Source of the DNA: Malacoraja senta
Lineage: Eukaryota
Direction of reading: 5' to 3'
Length of the DNA stretch: 64,000 nucleotides
Assembly: GCA_038087875.1 (NCBI GenBank)
Contig: CM075990.1
Coordinates: 8,930,001-8,994,000 of the forward strand
Under the pieces are notes generated by a model. The model was not told where the DNA came from. It ran no database searches and saw only the letters and a program-made list of their open reading frames with translations. The translations under genes were made by a program, and so were the position numbers. Every line of letters begins with the position of its first letter. Position 1 is the first letter of the stretch. Shown piece after piece: positions 13,528 through 27,250 of the stretch.

Positions 13528-13811
13528 GTTTAGTTTTTTTAGTTTAGTTTAGAGATACAGCACGGAAACAGGCCTTTCGGCCCACCGAGTCCGCACCCAC
13601 CAGCGATCCCCGCACAGTAACATTATTCTATACTCTGGACAATTCACATTTTATACCAAGCCAAGTAACCTATAAACCTGTATGTCTTTGGAGTGTGCGA
13701 GGAAAGCAAAGATCTCGGAGAAAACCCACGCAGGTCATGGGGAGAACGTACAATCTCGGTACAGGTGGCGCTGTAAGGCAGCAACTCTACCGCTGAGCCA
13801 CCGTGCCACCC
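13528..13811 (-). mobile_element. tRNA-derived SINE with an internal deletion
   Basis: Family match; B-box region missing. Confidence 0.8.
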
Positions 13812-14193
13812 TGCAAATCTCTGTCTGTGTAGGAAGGAACAGCAGGTGCTGGTTTATACTGAAGATGGACACAAAATGCTGGAGAAACTCAGATTAAGTG
13901 ATTACGTTTTTTCACTTAATCACATTATAATCCACATCTTCTCCATCCTCAAGAATTCTTTGACCGGAGTCAATGTAGAACCTGTTCCCTCTTTCAACTG
14001 GGGACCTGTTCTTCGTTCTGGACAAACACAGTTTGGATGTTTTGGAAGGCAAATTAATGAAAGTCAGGCTTCTTGACTTTCCATAAAACTTGTTGAGCAT
14101 GAATGAATGGTGAAGGGGAGGGATCGGACAGAAGATACACCCTCCTGAGATTCATTGACTGTTTTGTTTCCAGTTTGACCTGATTTGCCTACA

Positions 14194-14483
14194 TTGGATT
14201 GGATTGGATTCAATTTATTGTCATTATCTCATAAGAGACAATGAAATGGATTTCCCTTAGTCATGTAAAATAAAAATAAAAAAAGCACAAACACAGAAGT
14301 CCACGACACAACACAACCCCACAGCGGCACCAAAGTTAAGGAAGGTACCATAGTCCAGCCAGCCTCCCCGACGATCTTCCTAGATGTTCACGCGTGGTCG
14401 GGGCCTCCCGAGCACCCGCAGTCGCCGTCACGGGCGGCCCGATGATCAGGCCCTCTCGCCGGGAACGATGGAACCCCGACGCC
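14194..14483 (-). mobile_element. 5'-truncated copy of the GC-rich retroposon
   Basis: Shares CACAGCGGCACCAAAGTTAAGGAAGGTACCATAGTCCAGCCAGCCTCCCCG with about 52141; (CAATC)n tail. Confidence 0.7.
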
Positions 14484-14884
14484 GAACCCTGGGGTAGATT
14501 AAATTAAAATATCAAATGTGTATTTGCCCACAGTCCACTTCACCGCACTGCTTATCCAATCTACTAATGCATTCATGAGAGAAAAAACTGCTTTCACAAA
14601 AGCTGTTACTCTCGAATGCTCAGTGATTTTATAATTTGATTATCTTGGTTGTAGAACATATGAGGAAGTGAATACAGTCTCACATCACTGCTAATACAGC
14701 ACCTGCGTGCCTCTCAAAATAACCACATTATCTATAAATAAAGTCATCTGCAATTGTGAGACTGTGAAATGATCCAGTGCAAAATCAAGATATGTGGCCT
14801 AGATAATCGGTCCTGGTATAACGATTCATATGGGGTACTAACACCAGCATCCAGAAGCAAGCATCTAATTCCACCTTTGCATGC

Positions 14885-15068
<184 letters not shown>

Positions 15069-16328
15069 GTACGTTTAATCTGAAAGGTTCATCAGTTCAA
15101 TGGTCCAATGGTTCTTTATTGGGAAAGGGGTTTTGGACTTTAAGGAGAATTTTTTTTCCACAGATGTGGTTGACAACTAGAGCATGTTGTCAGAGGAAGG
15201 GTGGAATAAGATTACAAACACTAATTTTAAGAGGCATTTGGTCATATACTGCAAATAGGCAAGCTATAGAAAGGTGCCATCCCAATGTGGGCAAATGGGA
15301 ATGGTGTAGGTGGGCAAATAGGTTGGCCTGGATATAAGGTCGAGTGATAGGAGCAGGATTATTCCAGTCAGCCCATCAAGTTTACTCCTCCATTAAAATC
15401 ATGGCTGATCTATCGCTCACTCCTAACCCCAAGTGTGAAATGACCCGTTGTATTCCCTTTCTGTGCGGTTTCTCCTTCCACAGCCACATCCGCGAATCTC
15501 CTCAAATCCCCTGAAAGCCTGTCTCATGCTAGTTTGGTTTAATGGGTAAATTTTGATATAACCCCTCTAAACCTTGTGCTCAAAACAATTCACAACCACA
15601 AAGTGTGATCGACATCAGGACCCTAATTTCCAAAATACGCCCACCCCTCATGGAGTCATAGAGTGGAAACAGGCCCTTCGGCCCAACTTGCCCACACTGG
15701 CCAACAATGTCCCAGCAAAACTAGTCCCACCTACCCGCGTTTAATCCGTATCCCTCCAAAGCTGTCCTATCTATGTACCTGTCTAACTGTTCCTTAAATG
15801 GTGGGATAGTCCCTGCCTCAACTACCTCCTCTGGCAGCACCTCCTCTCTCTGACCACCTTAAATCGGCTGCACGTGTGACTTACTCGTGGAGGTTTGCGT
15901 GTGCTTTGCCAACGCTCCGTATAATTACAATTTTAGATTTGATTGCCAGACATCTTTTAATTGCATTTTCTGAGGATAAAGCCAGTAATTACAGGAGAAT
16001 GATTTCTGTCCAGTAATACTGGGTAAGCTTTCAATCAGCGTTGTCAAACATACGTTTTAATATTCCTGTCATTGCAGGCAGCAGAAATTTAATGCAAGTG
16101 GAATAGGTTGCATATCATTTTGGGCCCTTTTGTTTTAATAAAACAATTGCTTGCATATGAATTCTGAATTCCTAAACTGAGCTTTTATTCCTGTTTGGTG
16201 TTGGGCAGGAAAGCAGATCACTCTAGGACAAGATGCTTCATTCACTTTGCTTGTTATATTTCTTTGCTTGTTATATTTCCAATGAGGCTGCTCTGTCTGA
16301 AAGTGCAGAGAGCAACAACCTACAATGT

Positions 16329-16770
16329 TGAAGAAAGAACTGCAGATGCTGGAACAATCGAAGGTAGGCAAAAAATGCTGGAGAAACTCAGCAAGTGAGG
16401 CAGCATCTTTGGAGAGAAGGAATAGGCGACGTTTCGGGTCGAGACCCTTCTTCAGACTCCTTTGGAGAAAATGGGAGGAGTCAAAGGAGAAGTTGTCCAG
16501 GGTAAGGACCAGCTCTGCTAGGCAGAGGAGAGGATTAGTAGACGGAAATTGGTTGGTTATGCGGCCAAGGAAGAAACGGAGAACTTTAATCCCTCCTGGT
16601 TGGGGGATGGAGGTGTAGAGTGACTGGACATCCATAATGAAGATGAGGGAGTGGGGGCCTGGAAAACGGAAGTCATGAAGGAGACAAAGAGCGTGGCAGG
16701 TGTCTTGGACATAGGATCTTTGGAGGAAATGGGAGGAGTCAAATGAGAAGTTGTTGAGGGTAAGGACCTA
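16329..16770 (-). mobile_element. Penelope-like element fragment (pseudo-LTR plus RT piece)
   Basis: MDVQSLYTSIP..G...L.FFL....PST..L..LAELVLT.DNFSF joined to the recurring pLTR; segment 16460-16510 repeated at 16718-16769. Confidence 0.8.
16428..16455 (-). ncRNA. Minimal hammerhead ribozyme-like motif in a Penelope pLTR
   Basis: Minus strand CUGAAGA-A-GGGU(CUCG)ACCC-GAAA-CG-UC: core boxes, stem II and palindromic ACGU in place of stem III; stem I is weak. Confidence 0.55.
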
Positions 16771-18663
16771 CAATGATCAACTTTCGTTTTAATTTTTTCC
16801 ATCACCATCAGCCCTCACCCCATGTAGTGTTAAATTTGCTTGTAAGTTAAGGAGATGACTGGGACACTGGCAATGCTGGCAATGAGTGACTGTGATAAAG
16901 AAACAAACTGTTCAGTGTTTCCCAAATGTGACAATGTTGGTGGAGGGCAGAGAGGGGGGTGCTTGGAAGTGGGATTTCAAAACAAATAGAACAGCAGAAG
17001 TCACAAAATAGAGCCAGACTGGGTAGCTGCAGTTAATGGCCAGTAATTAACCCCGTCATCACAGCAAAACCCGAGTTCATCGGGTTAACTATCACCAGTG
17101 CAGATTTGGAAACAACGTTGTCACTTTTGGAACATAGGCCAAGGCTGTCCTGGTGCACTGAAGAAAGTTGTGCGTTTCTTCATCTACACCAATCTTCATT
17201 AACAACTGGATCCCACATCACAGGAAGAGATCCACGCTTTCCAATAATGGTGGACCTTAGAGCTGTCCAAGTGCTATTGAAACTGCAGCTTCCTGTGACT
17301 TCATTTTGTGGCTTGTGGCTACAGTTCCTTGTGGCTACATTTTCATCGTCGCTCTTGTTTTGGGGCCAGACTCTCTACAAGAGTCAACAGTGTTTTGTGG
17401 TCATATGTACCAACAATGCAATGTTTTACTTGCAGCAGCTTGACAGGCTCTTATACACAACGTACACTGAAAAAAAATAGGCAAAGAAATTCAATAAATT
17501 AATAACCATAATATTAGTGCATAAAAACAAAGTCCGTACTGCAATCAAAGATACAGCACATAGTCATTCATAGCTTTTGAGGTTGGTGTTATGTGGTATT
17601 CATGAGCCTGATGGTTGTTGGAAAGTAACTAGCCTTGAACCTGATTTTCAGGCTCCTGTACCTTCTTCCCGATAGTGAGAGCAAAGGTAGCGCATGGCCA
17701 GGTGTAGGTCCCATTCATCAAGAAGGCCCTGACAACATTGGAAGTTCTGCATGAAACAATGGGCTGAACTATAACTTGGCTGTGTGTTTTGTAAGGCAAC
17801 TGCAGATGAACTGGTAACATATGGAGTGTAGAAAAGAACTGCAGATGCTGAAGATGGAGAAACTGTAGTTTACATCTAACTCTATATCTGGTCCGTTGAA
17901 ATCCATCAAACATCGCCCTTGCTGCAGTGCAGTATCACGCAGCAGCTGAAGTACACATTGTCCTGTTGCGTGCGATCGGGTTGATGGGTTGCAACTTGTT
18001 AAGACGGTGGAACCAACCTGGCTCTGCCTGCGGTTACTTTGGGCGAGGGAGTGCGAAGAGAACGAGCTGCCCGTTGCGTTTCTGCAAGCACGGTGAAATG
18101 CATTCTGACAGCAAGAAGCAGCGATTGCCTGAGGAGGCTCCAGCATCACCCTGCACAATGGGACAGGTGAGCCCTCTTGTCACTTTCAGTGCCATGGTGG
18201 AGGTAATGACTCAGACAGTCTGACACAGTGAATCCATTAGCAGCTCCGATGTCCCATCATGGAAAGTTTTTATGCAGCAGAAATTTAATAAAACTAAAGG
18301 CATGTTGACTGCCCCTAAAATAATCCTTATTTATTCATAAATGCTGGGAGAAACATCTTGCAGTTACACATGCCTAACTGTGTGTTTGGCTTCAGCTGTC
18401 TCATTGTTATGGCTGAATTTCTGATGTTAAGAGTACCTGGGGTGCCAGCCTCTCACACCCTGTAGTTCACTTGCATACTCATCAGGCACAAATTTCACAG
18501 CTTGATATCCAGGAATAAAACTAATTGTGCCGTGAATTGAACTCTGGAACCGTCCACATGTCACTATTCACCTTTCAACTGAACCACTGGACAAATGTCG
18601 TGACTGCCTATTCCAACAATCCCGTGGTACAATTTATGAATAGTACAAGGGGTGCTTCCCCTG

Positions 18664-18978
18664 GTTTAGTTTAGTTTAGTTTAGAGATATAATGTGGAAA
18701 CAGGCCCTTCGGCCCACCCAGTCTGTGCCGACCAGCGATCCCCGCATACTAACCCGATCCTACACACACTAGGGATGATTTTACATTTATACCAAGCCAA
18801 TTAACCTACAAACCTGTCCGTCTTTGGAGTGTGGGAGGAAACCGAAGATCCGGAGTAAACCCACGCGGTCATGGGGAGAACGTACAAACTCCGTACCGAC
18901 AGCACCCGTAGTTGGGATCGAACCCGGGTCTCTGGCGCTGTAAGCGCTATAAGGCAGCAACTCTACCGCTGCGCCACC
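18664..18978 (-). mobile_element. tRNA-derived SINE
   Basis: Family match. Confidence 0.85.
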
Positions 18979-19059
18979 AACAATATTTATCCCTCACCCA
19001 GCATTTCTGTAACAAATTACCTGGTCATTATCACATTATTTATGCAATCTTAGAGCCGA

Positions 19060-19350
19060 AGAGTCATAGAGCATGTAAACAAGCCCTTCAGCTCAACTTG
19101 CCCATGGCAATTAACATGCCCCATCTACACTAGTCTCACCTGCCTGCATTTGGCCCATACCCTTCTAAACCTTTCCTATCCATGTACCTGTCCAAATATA
19201 TTTTAAATATTGTGATAGTACCCACCACCTTCAGTGTAAAAAAAAAGCTCCCCCTCAGGTTTCTATTGAATCTTCCCCTCTCACCTTAAACCTATATCCT
19301 TTGGTTCTTGATTCCTCAAATTTGGGTAAAATGCTCTGTGCATTTACCCT
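19060..19350 (-). mobile_element. CR1 LINE 3' fragment
   Basis: Reverse complement of the 26865-27250 type. Confidence 0.65.
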
Positions 19351-19569
19351 TGCTCTTCACAAATTGACTACAGTGTTTCCTACATGATGGAGGCATTGCA
19401 AAAATATCTAAAGGTCTTTTTAGGTTCTGAAAGGACAATGAAAAATGTTTTAGAAATGCCTGCCTTTAAAAACCAGAGAGCTGGCGAGGTCATGTCTTCA
19501 CTATATTTTTAGTTAAAATATTCTTTATTCATAAAATTTGCAAATACATAATACATTACACCTGTAGAA

Positions 19570-19730
19570 ACAAAGAACTGCAGATGCTGGTTAATACATA
19601 AAAGGACTCAGCAGGTCAGGCAGAATCTCAGGAGTCTGAAGAAGGGTCTCGACCTGAAATGTCAACTGTCCATGTTCTCCAGAGATGCTGCCTGACCATC
19701 TGAATTACTCCAGCACTTTGTGTCCTTTTA
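19570..19730. mobile_element. Penelope-like pLTR inverted pair
   Basis: Partial pLTR on minus joined to a pLTR on plus. Confidence 0.65.
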
Positions 19731-20404
19731 TACATTGCACTTGTTTGGTACCGTTTATGATGTACATTATATTAGTTTGTTATTAATTTTTCTTTCACAT
19801 GCATTCCATGGCCAATTGCCCAGGCAGGTTCCAACCCCTCGGTATGAAGTGGTAGGAGGGTCTTAACCCGTGACCTTATCCCATATAACATCTGCGGTGG
19901 CTGCACTTATGTTTTGATATCTGTCTACTTGTAAAATAAGTAAACTAGCACATAATATACAGAGAAAGATGGCTGCACACACACTCGTGTTGGAATCAAA
20001 AACAGGAATGATTTATTTCCAAGCAATGGTCACTGACTGATTTACTGAGCATGTGCGAGAATGAGTACAGCTCATATGCATAAATTACATGGATATTGTC
20101 ACAACTTAGTTTCAGCTCTTGGTTCTGCAATGAAATGTGTCCCAGTCTGCAACATGTGACTATGGACTGTTCCGTGCACTGGAGTTGTTAGGCTGACCAG
20201 ATGTTAATAGTTTTCCAGCTGCAACTGATGTGGCTGAGTCTTCCCCTAGAGAAGCCACAAGAGCACAGAGGCCTATGCATTGCGGATGTTTGGAAAGCAC
20301 CTTGACAATGCTGACTGCATCATTTCACAGACCTTCTTGGCTCTTCCATAATTTTTCTTGTTGACATTTTCTTTTCGTGGACCCATCCAAACGTCAAAAC
20401 TTCA

Positions 20405-20680
20405 GATAGACACAAAATGCTGGAGTAACTCAGCGGGACAGGCAGCATCTCTGGATAGAAAGAATGGGTGACGTTTCGGGTCGAGACCCTTCTTCGGACT
20501 GAGTCAGGGGAGAGGGAGGTACAGAGATAAGGTAGTGCAAGGTGTGAAAATGAGACAAAGGGGGGTGGAGATCAAGAAAAATATAGAATAGATCATTATT
20601 AGCTTGGAGAAGATAATAACAAGAGATAAACTGTAATTGAGGTTGGAGAACTGGGATGGGGTGAAGGGAAATCAAGTCAA
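20405..20680 (-). mobile_element. Penelope-like 3' end/pLTR fragment
   Basis: pLTR matching the 4137 and 63218 copies. Confidence 0.7.
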
Positions 20681-21109
20681 ATCTTCCCCCACTTAATTCC
20701 TCGGCCTCTACCATTTTTGCTAAGATTGTGCCTCTGAGGAGGTTTTGCACTAGAATAAAGTTCAGATTAACTCCTGAATGAGAATTCATCCAGAGGCAGT
20801 ATGACACTTCTTGATGAGCATTTAGAGCAACAAATTAGATCATTAAAATTATTCAGTAGATCTAATACAAATTAACAGATATATTTCTAGCATGTCATTT
20901 TCTTTCCAATAGCTTTTTGCTTTTAAATTGTTTATGAAACAAAATTATTTGGCTCACTTGTAGGGATTTAAATTTGCTGCATAGTAAAATTGTACTTCTG
21001 TGGAGATAAAGCATTAATTTCAATTCAATATTGTTTTTACCCCTTTGCCATTAGTTCCAGATTTAAAATGACTAACTCAACTTGCATTTGCTGCTTTTGG
21101 TGGTAATTT

Positions 21110-21418
21110 TTTTGTTTATTTTAGTGATACAGTGTGGAAACAGGCCCTTCGGCCCACCGAGTCCACTCCGACCAGCGATCCCCGCACATTAACACTACCC
21201 TACACACACTGGAGACAACTTTACATTTATACCAAGCCAATTAACCTACAAACCTGCACATCTTTGGAGTGTGGGAGGAAACCCGAAGATCTTGGAGAAA
21301 ACCCACGCAGGTCACGGGGAGAACGTACTGACTCCGTACTGACAAGCACCCGTAGTCGAGATCGAACCCGGGATCTCTGGCGCTGTAAGGTAGTAGCTCT
21401 ACCACTACACCACCTTGC
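21110..21418 (-). mobile_element. tRNA-derived SINE
   Basis: Family match. Confidence 0.85.
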
Positions 21419-22294
21419 AGTCCTGCAGGGAGTTCTACCACCTTTCCAGTGAAGAATGGTTTGCTAACTTTTCTCCTGAATTAACCGGCTCTGAATGTTT
21501 TATCTCCTGTCCTAGAATACCCAAGGATTGTTTTCCCTTATAATAAAAATAGAAACTGCTGGAAATACTCAGTAGGCTGCGTGGTAACCATGAAAGAATG
21601 AACAGAGTTAACGTCCAAGTTAAAGATCTTTTATCAGAGCTGGAAAATTAAGAAAACAAGTTGGTTTTAAATTGCAGAGCATGGGAAAGGAAGAGGATAA
21701 AAGGGTCTTAGTTTGAGGAGCTTATATGTGATAGAGGGAGAGGGAGAAAGAGAGAGAGAGAGGAGAGAATAGGGAGGCAGGGAAAGAGAGAGGGAAAGAG
21801 AAAGATACAGAGAGAAAGACTAGTATTTTACAGGTCCATTAATAAAATTAAAGGGACCAGTAAAATATGTGAAATGCAGATCAGAAATGATGCAGGGAAT
21901 TTAAACCAATAGGTGAATATTGTAAATGCCCAGCAATCGGTATTTGTATAGAGAGAATAAAACTGAATTCATATTAAGATAAAAAATAAGAAAGTAATTC
22001 CTTCCAAAATCTTGAATCCTTAAATTGAAATACTGCTCGTATTCCAGATAGTGCAATCCTACTCAATGTAATCCCTCTCAGAATCGCATTTGGTCCCTAG
22101 ACATATTCTGGTGAATCTGATGAGCATCTCCTTCTGGTTGGGGTCTCTAGATAAGTATGTCGCACCCAGTTATGCTCCAACTAGGGTGGCAGTGACTAAA
22201 CATCCTCCACTTTATATTGCAATCTTCTACCTCCAGAGGTAATATTATACACGTTTTTTTTCCAATTATTGTTTAACAGATTTCCATGCTTTAA

Positions 22295-22515
22295 GAGCCT
22301 GTCCCACTTTCCCAAGTTATTCACGAATTCTCCCGAGTTTTCCCCTTGATTCAAACTCGCAGAATGTTCGTAACGAGTCCTTAGGAGGCCGTAGGAGTCC
22401 GCAGATATATCGTAGCGGATCGTTATGCCAGCCGTAGGTACTCGGAGCATCAGGTAAGTCGGGACATTTCTTCCAGCCTGATAAAAAATGTCCACGAGTA
22501 AAAAGATAGTCGGGA
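22295..22515. mobile_element. One-ended MITE fragment of the GCCTGTCCCACT family
   Basis: TAA|GAGCCTGTCCCACT tip and a related internal sequence. Confidence 0.6.
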
Positions 22516-22659
22516 GGAGAAAAATTGCATCAGTGTTCTCCCTATCAAAGCGTGCATAAAACGCATTGAGCTCGTCAGGGAGTGATGCTTCACTGACATT
22601 TGAGCTGCCTCCTTATTTCGCCTTGTAGGAGGTAATAGCATTTAAACCCCGCCACAGTT

Positions 22660-23680
22660 GCCGAAGATCCGTCTCATCCTTCAGCTTGGAGCAGGTCCCT
22701 TTTGGCCTTTTTGATGGCCTTACCAAGGTCGTATCTGGACTTCTTGTAGACCTCTGTATCTCCAGACCTGAATGCCCGGGATCTCGTCTTCAGAAGAATG
22801 TGGATCTCATGGTTCATCCAAGGCTTCTGGTTAGGAAACACTCGGAAGGTTTTTATTGGGATGCAGTCCTCCACGCATTTGTTTATGAAGTCTGTAGCGA
22901 CTGTGGCGTATTCATTCAGATCCATTGCCGAGTCCCTGAACATTGCCCAGTCTACAGACTCCAAACAGTCCTGGAGTTGTTCCTCTGCCCACCACCACCC
23001 TTCTTAAGGTTGGCTTTGTTGAAGTCCCTGGCTACGGTGGTAAATGCCTCGGGGTAAGCCGTCTGGTGCTTGTTGACCATGGCGTGCAGCTCCTCCAGTG
23101 CCAGACGGACGTCTGCCTGGGGTGGGATGTAGACTGCGGTCAGGATGATGGAGGAGAATTCCCTTAGTAGGTAGAAGGGACGGCACTTCACCAGATGTTC
23201 CAGGTGTGGAGAGCAGGTGTTGGATAGGACTGCCACATCTGAGCATCATGCAGAGTTGACCATGAGGCAGATGTCCCCGCCTCTCCCTTTCTCAGATGCC
23301 TGCGTACAGTCCATACGGTGGATGGAGAACCCTTCAGGCTGGACTGCTGAATCTGGGGAGCTGGGGGTGAGCCATATCTCTGTGAAACAGAACACAGAGC
23401 ATTCCATCAGCTCCCTTTGTTAAAGCAGCCTTGCCCTTAAGTCCTCCACTTTGTTTTCTAGTGACTGTACGTTGGCCAGTAGGATGGTAGGGAGAGGGGG
23501 CCGAAGTCCCCTACGCTTCAGTCTTACTTGTAGTCCTGCCCAATGGCCACATTTCCGCACTCCATGAAGCCCTCCTCGGTGTTTAAAGGTACAGTATTTA
23601 CGAGTAAGCTCAGAAATACTATATTTGAAGATTTTCTGTTGTGCCGCTGGCAAAATGTCGCCGCAGGTAGGCGCCATCTT
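22660..23680 (-). mobile_element. Rex1/Babar-like LINE 5' part (APE endonuclease), decayed
   Basis: LPTILLANVQSLENK, CRPFYL.REFS...AVYIPPQA, DFNKANL, FPNQKPWMN; starts with AAGATGGCG. Confidence 0.82.
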
Positions 23681-24350
23681 ACGTCTTAGGTCTTTGGGTA
23701 TTAGCCGTTTGGACTGAATGGAGGTTCTTTGCAAAGTGGCCAAGTCATATGCACAAGTATGGTGAGTGTAAGGGACAATGAAAATGTTGCTTCAAGCAGT
23801 ATCACAGGCACATAGACATCACAAAAACATTAAATGTACTTTTTTTTGTGCAAAATAGCAAAATGGAAAAAAAAACGGTACAGATATAAACAAGACATTA
23901 GTGCAAAACAAAATTAGAAAAAAAACAAGTCCATGGTAGTAGTGCAAGAGGTGGTCATTAATGTCTTGTTGCCAAGATAGGATTAAGGAAGTGCAGGTTA
24001 GTTTAAGAACCCGATGGTTACCATCAGGTTTTCAGGAACCTGAAATAGCTGTTCCTGAACCTGATGATGTGGGAATTCAAGCTTGTGTATCCGCTGCACA
24101 ACATCAGTAGTGAGAAGAGGGCATGACCGAGATGGTGGGGACAGATGCTGCCTTCTTGAGGCAACACTTCATGTAATTGCTTTGAATGATGGGGCAGGCT
24201 GTGTCAGTGATGGACCGGGCTGAGTCCACCACTCTCTAGAGCCTCTTACATCCTGTGCATTGGAATTTCTGTACCAGGCCATTCAGGATGCTTCCTGCCG
24301 TCATCATCATCATCATTGAAAACACTTCAGCAGGCACGGTGCCTGACAAT

Positions 24351-25942
24351 GCATAGATACATAGATACATAGAAAATAGGTGCAGGAGTAGGCCATTCGG
24401 CCCTTCGAGCCTGCACCGCCATTCAATATGATCATGGCTGATCATCCAACTCAGTATCCCGTACCTGCCTTCTCTCCATACCCCCTGATCCCCTTAGCCA
24501 CAAGGGCCACATCTAACTCCCTCTTAAATATAGCCAATGAACTGGCCTCAACTACCCTCTGTGGCAGAGAGTTCCAGAGATTCACCACTCTCTGTGTGAA
24601 AAAGTTTTTCCTCATCTCGGTCCTAAAGGATTTCCCCCTTATCCTTAAGCTGTGACCCCTTGACCTGGACTTCCCCAACATCGGGAACAATCTTCCTGCA
24701 TCTAGCCTGTCCAACCCCATAAGAATTGTGTACGTTTCTATAAGATCCCCTCTCAATCTCCTAAATTCTAGCGAGTATAAGCCAAGTCTATCCAGTCTTT
24801 CTTCATATGAAAGTCCTGACATCCCAGGAATCAGTCTGGTGAACCTTCTCTGCACTCCCTCTATGGCTATAATGTCCTTCCTCAGATTTGGAGACCAAAA
24901 CTGTACGCAATACTCCAGGTGTGGTCTCACCAAGACCCTGTACAACTGCAGTAGAACCTCCCTGCTCCTATACTCAAATCCTCTTGCTATGAAGGCCAAC
25001 ATACCATTTGCTCTCTTCACTGCCTGCTGCACCTGCATGCCTACTTTCAATGACTGGTGTACCATGACACCCAGGTCTCGCTGCATCTCCCCATTTCCTA
25101 ATCGGCCACCATTTAGATAATAGTCTGCCTTCCCGTTTTTGCCACCAAAGTGGATAACCTCACATTTATCCACATTATACTGCATCTGCCAAACATTTGC
25201 CCACTCACCCAGCCTATCCAAGTCACCTTGCAGTCTCCTAGCATCCTCCTCACAGCTAACACTGCCCCCCAGCTTAGTGTCATCCGCAAACTTGGAGATG
25301 TTGCTTTCAATTCCCTCGTCCAGATCATTAATATAAATTGTAAATAGCTGGGGTCCCAGCACTGAGCCTTGCTGTACCCCACTAGTCACTGCCTGCCATT
25401 GTGAAAAGGACCCGTTTACTCCTACTCTTTGCTTCCTGTTTGCCAGCCAGTTCTCTATCCACATCAATACTGAACCCCCAATACCGTGTGATTTAAGTTT
25501 GTACCCTAATCTCTTATGTGGTACCTTGTGGAAAGCCTTCTGAAAGTCCAGATACAACACATCCACTGGTTCTCCCCTATCCACTCTACTAGTTACATCC
25601 TCGAAAAATTCTATAAGATTCGTCAGACACGATTTACCTTTCGTAAATCCATGCTGACTTTGTCCAATGATTTCACCACTTTCCAAATGTGCTGCTATCC
25701 CATCTTTAATAACTGACTCTAGCAGTTTCCCCACTACCGATGTTAGACTAACTGGTCTGTAATTCCCCGTTTTCTCTCTCCCTCCCTTCTTAAAAAGTGG
25801 GGTTACTTTTGCTACCCTCCAATCCTCAGGAACTACTCCAGAATCTAAGGAGTTTTGAAAAATTATCACTAATGCATACACTATTTCTGGAGCTACTTCC
25901 TTAAGTACTCTGGGATGCAGCCTATCTGGCCCTGGGGATTTA
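24351..25942 (-). mobile_element. 5'-truncated CR1-clade (HER1-like) LINE with an uninterrupted RT domain
   Basis: ORF 24451-26010 has NYRPVSLTS, YLDFQKAF, QGSVLGP, FADD and RPHLEYC; (TCTATGTA)n tail at 24351-24372; homology begins at KSPGPD (about 25942). Confidence 0.95.
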
Positions 25943-26864
25943 TGCGATGTATGACAGTGATCACAACTTCTACTGAAGTGTGGATGGCCGTTGGCTCGAT
26001 AGGAGCTCATCCGCCCTTTGACAGGTCTTGTTTTTGGTCCGGCTGGGGGTCCACAGCCCCCTCCTCGCCTGGCAAACCAGGTGAGGGAGACGGTTTAGTT
26101 GCCGACTATCCGACCATGGAGCAGGTAGCACGGGATTACATGGCACCCGTGGCGGGGGGGGGGGGGGGGGGGACTCCCCCCGACCCGACCTATCCTGCAG
26201 TGATGAAGTTAAAGTGGTCCCCAATATGCCTATGGGCCACATTATCACTTGTGAACACAGAAAGTAAATTGAAAAGTAGTAAGAACAAATCACTTTTTTG
26301 CATAGAGTGTTTGGGGTGCTGGGTAGTGCATTTAAAGACAGAACACACTATTTTGAGTTAATGGTTCAAAATATCTTTAGATCACCATTGATCCGAGCTT
26401 CTCATTATTTAAATAATACTCGGATTGATCTGTTTTTTTTGCTTCAAAATACATGGCCTTATACTTAACAAGATTAAAATCCATCTGCCACGACTCTTCC
26501 CATCCACTTGACCTATTAATGTATCTTTGTAATTTTATGCTCCCATCCACACTAATGACAATGCTACTAAACTTTATGGCATCAATTGGCGTGATTCTAG
26601 CTGTCATGAATAAATATATTGAGGGATGGTCCCAATGAAAATGCTTTTTTAGCCATCTGAAGCACACAATTCTATTTCAAATGCCTGGGCTATATCTTTA
26701 TACTCTGAGATCCACTGTCATTCCAATCTCCCAACCTTCAATTCTATAGCATTTAATTATATTTAACTGCCTCTTATGATGAACTCCTTCAACTTTGAAA
26801 GGACCACTTCTATCAACATTACCCTCTATTCTCTATGTTAGCAACCTTCTAAAGAAAATATAAT

Positions 26865-27250
26865 AATGTATAAAATCATAAAATCATGAGTGGAACAGAT
26901 GGGGTAGATGCACAGTCTCTTGCCCAGAGTAGGCGAATCGAGGACAAGAGGACATAGGTTTAAGGTGAAGGGGAAAAGATTTAATAGGAATCAGAGGGGT
27001 AACTTTTTCACACAAAAGGTGGTGGGTGTATAGAACAAGCTGCCAGAGAAGGTAGTTGAGGCAGGGACTATCCCAACATTTAAGAAATCGTTAGACAGAT
27101 ATATGGACAGGACAAATTGAAGTTTGGAGGGATATGGGCCAAACGCGGGCAGGTGCGACTAGTGTAGCTGGGAATGTTGGCCGATGTGCGCAAGATGGGC
27201 TGAAGGGCCTGTTTCTGCGCTGTAATATGCCATGACTGTATGACTCCAAT
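26865..27250 (+). mobile_element. CR1 LINE 3' fragment
   Basis: RTRGHRFKVKG..FTQKVV-type sequence and a (TATGAC)n tail. Confidence 0.75.

Noticed and set aside
25943..26010. N-terminal extension of the 519-aa CR1 ORF
   Set aside because: Read-through from flanking DNA beyond the 5' truncation point, not a genuine start.
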